Assembly: GCA_964016885.1 (NCBI GenBank)
Contig: OZ024743.1
Coordinates: 363,320,001-363,384,000, forward strand
Length of the DNA stretch: 64,000 nt
Direction: 5' to 3'
Source of the DNA: Eledone cirrhosa
Lineage: Eukaryota
Shown here: piece after piece, positions 53,565 through 64,000 of the stretch
Layout of the letters: every line of letters begins with the position of its first letter
Position numbering within the stretch: the stretch's first letter is position 1
Notes under the pieces: generated by a model
Told to the model about the DNA's origin: nothing
Databases searched by the model: none
Seen by the model: only the letters and a program-made list of their open reading frames with translations
Made by a program: the position numbers and the translations under genes

Positions 53565-53970
53565 TTATGTAAAAGGTAAACAAAAATAACAACACAATTG
53601 GTACAGTATAGGGAAGGAATATATTAGGTTAACGCTTGAAATAACAGGAAGAGAGTCTGAACGTTTCGGACGCTAGTCTTTCATATATATATATAAATAT
53701 AGGGATTGTAACGCCCGGTTATTGTAGGTTCACCAGAGTGAGCACTCGATGCTTAGTTTCGGGTAAGTATAGAGGTGTAGTACTAAGCAGAGTGTAATAA
53801 TAATAATAAAAAGGACGATTTGTTATGTCTTCATTACATTTATTGAGTAGTGACGCGCGTTTCTCTATTGATCAGCTCAAGGTTCGATCTGTATCGATCT
53901 AGCCCAGTTGCGAATCAAAAGCTCGTTGAACCTCTGTTGTGGTAATGACAGAATGAATCTCTTAGGGCTT
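53565..53970 (-). mobile_element. Adjacent pLTR remnants of families A (53565-53684) and C (53715-53970)
   Basis: Homologous to 296-410 and 44050-44305; hammerhead cores truncated or mutated. Confidence 0.7.
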
Positions 53971-55119
53971 AGAAATAGTGTGTATATATATATATATATA
54001 TATAGTAGAATATCTGGCGTTGATAAGGGCGAAGATTTGTTCTTAGTAAGTATATCTAGTTGAATAGAATATTCTTTAAATTCTCTTGAAACGTTAGCTA
54101 TAATATAAGAAGTGAAGTTGTTTTTTTCCTGCGGTTAGGAGTTAAGTGAACCAATCTTGTTAAAAATTTGACCTTGCACTTTAAAAGTTGACATGGATCC
54201 CCTTTTTCTGTTGGAGGAAGTAATTTGGAAAGCAGTTTTATTTTCTAATGTTTTTAAATATTATATTTTTGAAATATCTTAATTCCTTAGCATTAGAAGT
54301 AAGAAGCAATTTTAGGAGCACTGTTGGATCAGCAAAGACTGGTAGAACAACTTTCCTATTAGAACAGCACATTGCAGCTCTCTTGCTTCCATTTCATGAC
54401 CAATCACTTGTCACAAATTTTGAGCATTGTACCAATTAAAACTATTTTTTCAGAAGCATAGGCATGTGTGTATAGCTTGGATCTAGTTTCTGCTTGACTT
54501 GCTCTTTAAGTTTGCTGCCTGGCCCGAAGCTTTTGTGGAGTTTCCTGGTGTCCATGGGCAGACTGTTGAAGGTGAGCCTGTTGTTCCTCAGGCGTCTCTA
54601 GTTTCCAATGGAGAGCTTGTCTGGCAACATTCTGTTTACAGCGAGTTTCACATTCACTATTAGTTTCAAATTTTACGCGAGCTGCGTTTCTAGCAACATT
54701 ACCTTCAGTTTTCGTTGTTGCTCTTCATGTTTCTGCTCCCCAAGGAGAAAATTTGTGTTTAGTAGCAGAAGTTGTATGTGGGATACATCTTTACTGTGAC
54801 ATTATTAATGGAAACAAATTATTAAAAATCAATGACAAGCAAGCATCCTTCCCTGCCCTGCTAGGAAGGAGAACATTTTTTATAAAGAAAGGAATTAAAG
54901 AAAACCTAAGAAGCTACGCAAACGTTGATATAAAATGAAATGAAAATTGTGAAGTGCTGAAGTGGGATCAGGAATTAAAAGGAAATTGTAAAAATTAGAT
55001 TTTAATAAATTCAAGACGTAAATCATTCGAGTAACGGGCGATATGGAAATGTAAAGTAAAAGAGAATAACTTGTGATAAAGAAACCACAAATAATAGTAT
55101 ATTTCTATGTCTCTGAAGA

Positions 55120-55680
55120 AGCTTTCATGCGGCTAGTTTCCCATCACGACTGGAACCTGCAGGCCTCGACCGCGGTGATGACATGCACCCAGACTGAATA
55201 ACCTTCGACCCCATTGAGGGAGATATATCTCTAATCTGAGATGTCGAGTATTGTGACACGTTCTCTGCCACCAACTATGTCGCTTCGGTCACAAACCCTG
55301 GCACTGCCGCTCATAACGGAAGATATTCAAATACCGGGACTTAACTGACCACTTCCTTTTCGTATCAATCACCATCGAGACCTCTGGTGTCCTAGGTCCC
55401 CAAACTGTCGCTTTCCTCCACAGAAATGGGAGGAGAGTATTCCGCTCGAGAAAGGGTCCCGTGATTCAGTGGGTCTCCGTAGCAATAGCTTCGCCATTTT
55501 GTCCGCGTTTCGCAACTGCGATACACCACCAAAACCGGGGTGAACAGCTTCACACTCCCTCCCCGCCCTTTTCTCTTATTTTTGCTATTTAATTTTTTCT
55601 CTTTTTTCTGTTTCCTTTTTTTTTATTGCAAGCATTATATAATCCCTGTAGGATTTATTGAATAAGTTAAAACAAAAAAA
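55120..55680 (+). mobile_element. CRE-like element 3' fragment (RLE domain, decayed)
   Basis: LEPAGLDRGD, TNPGTAA, FKYRDL.DHF.FV.ITIETSGVLGP. Confidence 0.7.
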
Positions 55681-56059
55681 TAAATTTTAATGTCAAGGTT
55701 CCAAAGACGCTGGAAAATCTTTATGGGGAAGTGGCGTGAGAAAGAGAGAGAGAGAGAGCGAGAGAGAGAAGTTAAGAGGTGAAAGAGAAGCATTCGTCAC
55801 GGCAATAGTCACCAAGCGTCTTTGAAGGAAAGCAAGAGTTTTTTTTTATGGGAAAATTGGGTGAGTTAAACAAAAGCGGAAGAGAGCAAATGATAAATGA
55901 AAGCGGGTGGGGAATAGACAAAGAAATAAAGCAAACAGAATCTGAAGTGAAGAGGCTGGGGAGAAATAAACAATTGTTACATAAACATTGAAAGAACCCA
56001 TACTATTCATCATTGTACTCTATGCTATTCATCAATATATCCCATACTATACATCAATG

Positions 56060-56200
56060 TGGACGACGAATTGGCAGAATCGTCAGAACGTCGGATAGAA
56101 TGCTTTGTCGTATCTGTTCTGTCTCTCTGCTCGCCGAGTTCAACTTTTGGCTTTCATCTTTTCGACAAAAAAAAAGTACCAGTCTAGAACTGGGGTTGAT
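56060..56200 (+). mobile_element. Old, diverged S1-related SINE
   Basis: gaattggcagaatcg...cgccgagttcaacttttggctttcatc...aagtaccagt. Confidence 0.6.
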
Positions 56201-56379
56201 TTTTCCTCTATATCTCTTTTTCACTTCCATTCTCCCACTCTCTATGGAAGAAATTTGCTGTATTCAGACCTGGAGAGGAGTGGGCTTCGTCAGGTTTAAA
56301 AGATTCCTAGAAACGCCGTATGTAAATACGGTGCCCCTACGATTCCCCATGAGTTACGCTACGATGCATGTATATATCC

Positions 56380-56500
56380 ATATACCCTATACTCTACATC
56401 AAGGAACCCTATAATCTACATCAATGTACCCCATACTATACATCAATGAACCCCATACTATACATCAATGAACCCCATACTATACATCAATGCACACCAT
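56380..56500. repeat. Tandem repeat, unit about 22 bp (ccccatactatacatcaatgaa)
   Basis: About five units, with similar units at 55997-56060. Confidence 0.8.
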
Positions 56501-57204
56501 AGGATGTATCGCTATATATCGGGATATGCAGTATGGACAGTATCAATGCGGAGATATGGAGTAACAGTAAAGAATCAATTGTAGCTCACGATTCGTCGTT
56601 CGGCCAACTACCAGCGTGGTATATAACTGCCCAGTCGGGGTTGACTTGGGGTAAAACAACCATACAAAACCACCAGGTACCACAAGGTAGCTCATACGTC
56701 ATCGTTCGATTTGTAGAAATAGCATCTAACTCTATCTTTGGTCACATGCGGCCTACCTATCATCTTTTTTATGTATATAGATTACACTACGTATAATAAA
56801 TAAAATTATAGACGAGGTTTTAATGGTTGGGTGTATTCGACGAGGTCCTACTTGGAGCTAAACAAGAATAACCATCATCAGACCAACCAACGGAGGAGCC
56901 TCTACATGACTGTTCGACTTGCCACATCACTCATGGAAGACACCTTCGTCAGAATGGTCAAGGCTTTCATCATAGCTCTGCCCAATAAGTGTTAGTCTAA
57001 GGCTAAACAACAACAGTAACTGAACGAGAGCCCTACAATGCACCTGTTGACCTGCTAGAAAAAATCAGTCAAATCTCCTTAAAATGCATCCTGTCGTATT
57101 GAGTAGGATACATTTGATAATGTTGTAGGTGTATGTAAGACAGAGTAAGTACAGCTGAAACGTCTTTAAGATCTTCAAATCTGCTTGATAAAACAGACTT
57201 AGGA

Positions 57205-57287
57205 TAAACAACAACAACAACAACTACTACTACTACTATTACTACTACTGCTGCTGCTGCTGCTCTGCTACTACTACTACTACTGCA

Positions 57288-57359
<72 letters not shown>

Positions 57360-57397
57360 ATTACTACTACTACAGCTATTATTACAACTGCTGCTGT
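57205..57397. repeat. Compound (AAC)(TAC)(TGC)n microsatellite
   Basis: Direct reading. Confidence 0.95.
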
Positions 57398-58160
57398 GAC
57401 CCAGAGTGCACTCGCATCGGAGTAGCCCAACGCCTCGGCCTCCGCGTGTGTGAGTCACATAAATGCCGTTGCCGGGCGGTTGTCGACAAATTTGGCCTGC
57501 ACCGTCTTGCCGCCAGAACGCTGGCCGGTTCCCCCGACATGCCGCTCTCAACGACATACTAAGAGTGAGCCTGGATTCAGCTGGTTTTCCATCACAACTG
57601 GAGCCGGCAGGGGTTGACAGCGAATATGGCAAACGTCCCGATGGAATCACCCTCTTCTCATTCGAAGGAGGGTTCTCTGCCTCCAACTTTATCGCTTCGG
57701 CCACAAACCCTGGTACCGCTGCCCGCCTTGCAGGGGAATAGAAAATAAACAAATACGGGTCACTGTCGAGATTTCGGGCGTACTTGGACCCCGTAGAGTC
57801 GAGCTCCTCCACAAAATCCGAAAGTCGGCGGCCCGTTTAAGGAGAAAGACCCACGAGGTGGAGTGGCTGTTGCAGCGGGTGTCTCTGGCCATTGTCCGCA
57901 GGAATGCTTTTGCGGTCTTGTCCGCAGGATGCAGCCCCTCTACCGCTGCGACCTAGGCCCAGAGCCCAATCATCCTCCCCATTCTTGTGCGATACTAGAG
58001 TTCTTGCAATTCCCTCCCTATCCCGTTTTTTTTTCTTTCTTATTCTCTTTTCTCTCTATATTTTCCTATTTTACATTCCATTCTTCTCAATCTAAATTTC
58101 CTTTTTTTCTTTTCCTATTAAACTGTATTTTAATGATATATTCCATAAATAAAAAATTTT
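57398..58160 (+). mobile_element. CRE-like element 3' fragment
   Basis: SCRQNAGRFPRHAALND...LEP.G....GKRPDGIT.F; WLLQRVSLAIVRRNA; aataaa near 58147. Confidence 0.8.
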
Positions 58161-58698
58161 TCTCCTAAATCACACCTAACTGTCTGAAATAACGAATGCT
58201 TCATTAAACAATGTTGTTCTAGATACACTGAGAAAAATTGTTGGTCATGGCTAGAGCATAGGTTTGCCTGGGTCTAAACAAAGTTTGTTCGACAGGTTAG
58301 AGATAATAGCCAAATATCTCTCAAATCCCAGCCAACTGTCTGAAATGAAAAATAATTCATTGGACAATAAGACAATGGTGATGAAATCCGTCGATTTTGA
58401 CAACGAACATTCAGTTGTTCAATCAACTGAAAGTGCAACTCATGAATTAACGTGCAAGGAGTTGAGTATTCCACAGGCACGTGTACTTTTAAACATAATT
58501 CTCAGGCAAAACTAGCGAGAAGCAATATATGACAATGCTGGTTATTTGAATTTCAGGCACAGTACCTTCAACGGGCTTCGATACAGTTTCCGTATAGCCA
58601 ATTTTACTGACAAGGTTTGGATCGGTCTGAGCAAGATGCCACGCTATGTGGAACCTCATTATTGTAAAGTGATCGTCTTAGCCATTCTGTCAATGTAG

Positions 58699-58731
<33 letters not shown>

Positions 58732-58989
58732 GATATACTGAAAAAATAAGATGGGCGTGGCAGGAACGCGTGGAGCTAAACAAGAAGAATAAAACACTAA
58801 TATACATAATCCCCCCCCCCCCCCATTCAACCAAGATCGACACCATAAATAAGCGTTATTAGAAATGATGTGTGAGAGAATCTTATCTGATTCATTGGTG
58901 CGTGACATGTCAAAGAGAAATTGAACCTCTTAAGTTGTGCCGTACTGATTTGTCGTTTGTAATTATAGCATACAATAGCACCCTCTCCG

Positions 58990-59028
58990 CCACACACACA
59001 CACACACTCAGATATACAAGCAGACGGA

Positions 59029-59084
<56 letters not shown>

Positions 59085-59142
59085 TATACAAGCAGACGGA
59101 GACACACACACACACACACACTCAGATATACAAGCAGACGGA

Positions 59143-59185
<43 letters not shown>

Positions 59186-59311
59186 ACACACAGATATACA
59201 AACAGACGGAGACACACACACACACACACACACATACACACACACACACATACACACACACACACACACACGCACACACACACACACACACACTCAGATA
59301 TACAAACAGAC

Positions 59312-59347
<36 letters not shown>

Positions 59348-59382
59348 AGATATACAAACAGACGGAGACACACATACACACA
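58990..59382. repeat. Composite minisatellite cagatatacaa(g/a)cagacggaga-(CA)n
   Basis: Six 22-bp units separated by (CA)n of variable length. Confidence 0.9.
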
Positions 59383-59475
59383 ATTTATCTATCGGTCATT
59401 TATCATATTTGCCATTCTCCCCTCTCTCTCACACACACACACAATTTCTCTCTCTCTATATATATATAAATATAT

Positions 59476-59688
59476 ATAGGAACGAGTAGGACCCCGACGG
59501 CAGAGCTCAAGCCGTTTCGACGGTTAATTCTGGACTAAAATCATTTTAGTCCAGAATTAGCCGTCGAAACGGCTTGAGCTCTGCCGTCGGGGTCCTACTC
59601 GTTCCTATTACCCACTCTACTACCCTAAGTATTGAGTACTTTGGTGCGTTATCGTCCTCCTGGTTCCTTACCACATTTCCTTCGTTAT
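59476..59688. mobile_element. Fold-back pLTR remnant (family B) pivoting on helix II
   Basis: Arms 59476-59540/59544-59608 with a 3-nt loop; tail to 59688; in TA-rich repeat. Confidence 0.75.
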
Positions 59689-60030
59689 AAATATATATAT
59701 ATATATATATGTGTGACAAACTATCTTAATTTCTCCTCGCACACACCTAGTCTTTTTGTCTATCTGTTTCTCTATTTATCTCTATCTCGTGGCAAACACT
59801 TACCACACGAGTCGCTCGTTCTTAGTATCCTTACCTCACTACATACCCACTTCAAATCCATCACCAGCCAGCAGACTTCTCCATGTCGCCAATTGTCTCA
59901 CCGCACACACCATATACTTCAAGTCTTCCACTCATCTTTTTACTCTCCTTTCGTTATTTTTCGTTTCAGTTTCATTTTTCTTACCTTCCAATATATTCTT
60001 TCTTTCATCATCCTCATCTTCATGTTCACC

Positions 60031-60107
<77 letters not shown>

Positions 60108-61125
60108 TGCTACTATTATTATTATATATGTTCTATAAGAAGACTTAACTGTCTGCAGTCACTAACTTCTATGTATTAAAATAACATTTGAAATAGTCTG
60201 TAGAATCTCAGGAAACGGTCTAGTATCTTCTCTTACATAAGATATTGAAGCACCCGTTAAATCAGACCAGAAAATCAATGGTTCCACTGGTCTTTCCATT
60301 CCACCATAGGCTAACTCTACAATGTGTGCCCCCTTCTCCCAGTTATACACTTCATTCTCCCAAATAAAATAATTTCAACTTATAATTTGATAGGCTGAAG
60401 AACTAATTTAGTTAAACTTCTGGCTCTAATCACACAAAAAAAAAAAAAGAATTACTAAACCTGCATTTCCACTACACAGTCAGCATTCGCCCATGCCAAA
60501 TCACATGGCAGATCATAATATCATACGATCTTCCCCATCGCTTTGGATATTTCCAGAATGTAGCAGAGATATTTAGCGATTTATATATTGATCACAGGAA
60601 ATTATATATTCAATTTAATTATACAAGTTTGTATAAAACCGTGACTCTCTGGGGTCTGCGCCCTAGGCGTCTGCCTAGTTGAACCTAATGGTAACGCTGC
60701 CCTTACTGATAAACTTGTCAGTCATTTTGGTCATTACATGAAACAAATTCAAGTGTCCCTATCAAAAGAGGTGCCGGACCATCAGCTGCTGGAAAAGGAA
60801 TAGTGTACCACTTGTAGTAAGATATTTCAAGTTATTTACTTAAAATTTAAAAGCTTTAGCGGTTTTTTTTTTTGGTTTTTTTTCCTTCTGTCTATGAAAT
60901 TGGGCATAAAAGCCACTGGACGAGAAAAAGTTGAAATACATTTTTTATTCTCTCTACATTAAATATGTTGATATTAACTTAACTATTGTGCATTAGGCTT
61001 TACCATATTTCAGTTATATTTCCTGTATTTTCTGGCCAGGAAAATCTGTACAACTGATATCAGACCTGTCAACACTCCCAGTCCGACGGGGAGATCTCCT
61101 ATCCACTTTGGGGTGGGTGTGAGAT

Positions 61126-61289
61126 CAGGGCCGTCTTAATGCATGGGCACGCTGGGCAGTTGCCCGGTGGCCCCACGAGGATAGGGGCCCATTTGTATTT
61201 TTATTCCTGTGAGTTGTTGTGTAGATAGGGGCCCCAGTGATCTGCTTTGCCCGGGGGGGGGGGGCTATAATGCTGTTATGACGGCCCTC
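61126..61289. mobile_element. hAT-type MITE
   Basis: TIRs cagggccgtcttaa / ttatgacggccctc; perfect 8-bp TSD tgtgagat. Confidence 0.85.
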
Positions 61290-62197
61290 TGTGAGATGTC
61301 TTCTCATGTGAAAATGGGTATAGCTTTCATTTTGTAAAATCTCTCCATTTTTCCTAATTTCTTCTCGTTTTGGAGCACTTTTTTTCATGGTACACCCCGT
61401 TTGGGTTTTTAGAGGTTGGCAGGTCTGTAATATTTTCTGATCAGGAAATGTTGTTCTGCTTATACTCCTTCCTAGATTTCTATATGCAGTCGTCGTATTT
61501 TTGACCGATGACAGAATTTAAAGTTCAGAAATACATCGATTACAAAACAGAATCCCGTTTTGTCGATGTGATTAAACTATCGACGAATATATCATAACAT
61601 GAATATTCCTGATCAAACTGGTGACATTTATTTTTAATTTAGTTAAATACCATTCAAGTTGTAGAGTTTAGACTATAATCATGATGACGATAGGTTTCTA
61701 TTTCTAGTTGCGATCTTTTCACTTCACTTCATTATTTTTCAGATTTTAAAAATTTCATTTTACATCATACCTTTTGTTGACTAAAAAAGAATAGCTCAGC
61801 AACGATTGCAGCTGCCATGTCACTATGTGAGACATCTTGAAGAAATACCCTAAAACCTAATGGTATGGCAGCTAATACTCGGGTGGGTGAATCATGGGAC
61901 ATCCCACCAACTTCATTGCCATACCTCATGACTGAATCGGGAATATGAACAGTGATGGCGGAAGAAGTCTTCTGATGTGGGTATTTCCCTTGGTCGATCG
62001 GGTGAAATAAAATGACACCTTTTGTGTAAAGTACATAGCATGATAGGTTTTCAACGGGGCAATCATTGGTTCACTGCATTTCTGTGAGTGAGAGTGACAA
62101 AGGAACGTCTGGCAATTCGGGCAGGATAAATAACACAAAGTGATTTTGTTTGATGCACCGATCTCTAGACTATTTTCCTTGTCGATGTGTCTTGCTG

Positions 62198-62233
<36 letters not shown>

Positions 62234-62319
62234 ACTGATTGACTGGGTGTACACATGTCACGTAGAGAGGACTACTCAATACTGATAGAAGTTAAATGTG
62301 TCTTCTTTACTTAAGAATG

Positions 62320-62490
62320 ATTTCTACTTCAGGCACAAGGTCAGTAATTTCAGGGGAGGGGAAAGTTGATTATATCGAACCCAGTACTTGACTGATGCTT
62401 TATTATATTGACCTAGGAAGGATGAAGAAGCGGGTAACGATGTAATGCAATGCATTTCATCCAACGCTTTAGCGATTCTGCCGACCTAGT
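62320..62490 (-). mobile_element. Old, diverged S1-related SINE
   Basis: tttctacttcaggcacaagg...tattgacctaggaaggatgaag. Confidence 0.6.
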
Positions 62491-63374
62491 GCGCATAATG
62501 TTATTTAAGTTTCATATAAACCCCAAAATAAAACTATCAAGAGGTTTAAACACACGCTGGTATCCATTCTTCAAAAAGGATCCAATATAGCAGCTCTCAT
62601 GTGATTCAAGGTGATAATATCGTGTATTGGTGAAATGAGCCATATTATTCGTATTATGGCCCTTAGATCTGTAATAGATATATGTAAAGGCCTATCTAAT
62701 TTAACGTATCATTCAATCATTTCACGATAATAGCATTAGAAAAATATTCTAGTTTCGTTGACTTTAATACCAAATGGCAGATTTAATGAGTTGGCATTAA
62801 GGCCAACGAAACTCGAATGTTTGCTTAATGTCATTGTTGTGAACAAATGTACATAACTTGTTCCACGGAGTGCCCACTCTAACTGCTTGAATATGTTATA
62901 CCAAATTTTTACTACAATATTTCGATTTTAGCCATTAATGTTCATTGAGCTTTTTATGGTATCAGATGGAGTTAATTTATTTCGATTTATATTTTGTGAT
63001 GTCTGCTATTCCCTTAATTAGTTAATTTAGATTGAGTTATAGTTTTTGAAGCATTTGGTGAGCCATTTTTAGCTTTCCTCTGAACCTCCAACCTTTTAAC
63101 GCTGATACAACCGGCTACTTTTTAAAGCAAAAAGCACATTTTAAAAATTAATATATGTGCGTTTTTGGCTGTAAAATCAGTCGTCTTCTTGGCGCCGATA
63201 CCAACACAAATCAATTTACTTAAATTATCTTGTATAGGTTGAATATATTTTTTGTAAAACAATGCTTACTGATGAAGTTGATTTGCTGATTAACCATTTA
63301 AATTATGGTAATTAGTATTTTTTTCTTTCTTATCAGAAACTGCGATCTAAGCATTTATAATTGAATTTACCAAT

Positions 63375-63560
63375 ATAATTGTTTATACTTTTAGCACAAG
63401 ACCAGCAATTAACCAGTACATTACTGGTACTTTATTTTATCGACCCCATAAGGATGAAAGGCAAAGTTAACCTCGACGGGATTTGAACTCAGACCGTAAA
63501 GGAACGTAACTCTGCTAGAAAGCATGGTGTCCAACCCTCTACTGATACTGCCAATTAACC
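63375..63560 (-). mobile_element. SINE S1, full length
   Basis: TSD accaatataat (63369-63379, 63558-63568); A and B boxes, core. Confidence 0.9.
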
Positions 63561-64000
63561 AATATAATGAATGAAGATTTGCGTTTGTCTTTGAATGCAT
63601 TTTTGCTTACTATACTTTGCTTCACAATTTATATTTTATACCCAAATATACATTTTGTAAATGTTCTCAAAATTTGAATTTTACCCCTTAATGTTCATTG
63701 ATATTGTTATATGATTGAAATAATTTATTTCTATCCATATTTTGTGATATATTTCTCAACCTGATTAGTTCTATCGTTACTTTGGTATGTATTGTGTGTT
63801 AGTTTAGCCTACCACAATGTTCGATTTGTCAAGCTATTTAAACGTATATTATTACTCTAAGGCCCTATCTTATCGAGTGCTTTGCTAACTCATCATTTCA
63901 TATAAGTAGGCCGAATTTACTTGCAAACCGCCAGAGATTCGATTTTACTGATTTCCAATAATATATATATATATGTGTGTGTGTTTGTGTGTGTGTGTGT

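Noticed and set aside
58990-59382. Regularly interspaced 22-bp repeats as CRISPR-like
   Set aside because: The spacers are only (CA)n of variable length.

Overview
AT-rich eukaryotic DNA saturated with microsatellites and almost entirely derived from transposons. The SINE and repeat landscape resembles an octopus/cephalopod genome (inference). No intact host gene is evident; most ORF-track entries are translations of (TA)n, (CA)n and (TAG)n repeats. Recognisable elements: two Charlie/SPIN-type hAT transposons, a decayed hATm, two MITEs, Helitron remnants, RTE LINE fragments, two L1/Tx1-type insertions at GATA-containing repeats, a CRE-like RT+RLE retroelement with two fragments, many tRNA-derived SINEs, and Penelope-like elements (PLEs) with C-terminal GIY-YIG domains. 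The strongest hidden signal is about 20 type-I hammerhead-ribozyme motifs (intact, single-mutant or half) from at least 10 unrelated pseudo-LTR families. Nearly all sit in (TA)n/(CA)n tracts, most have palindromic helix III, several have long or branched helix II, and many lie in asymmetric fold-back inversions, some turning exactly on ribozyme hairpin loops. All base pairings were read by eye and coordinates are approximate to a few bases.
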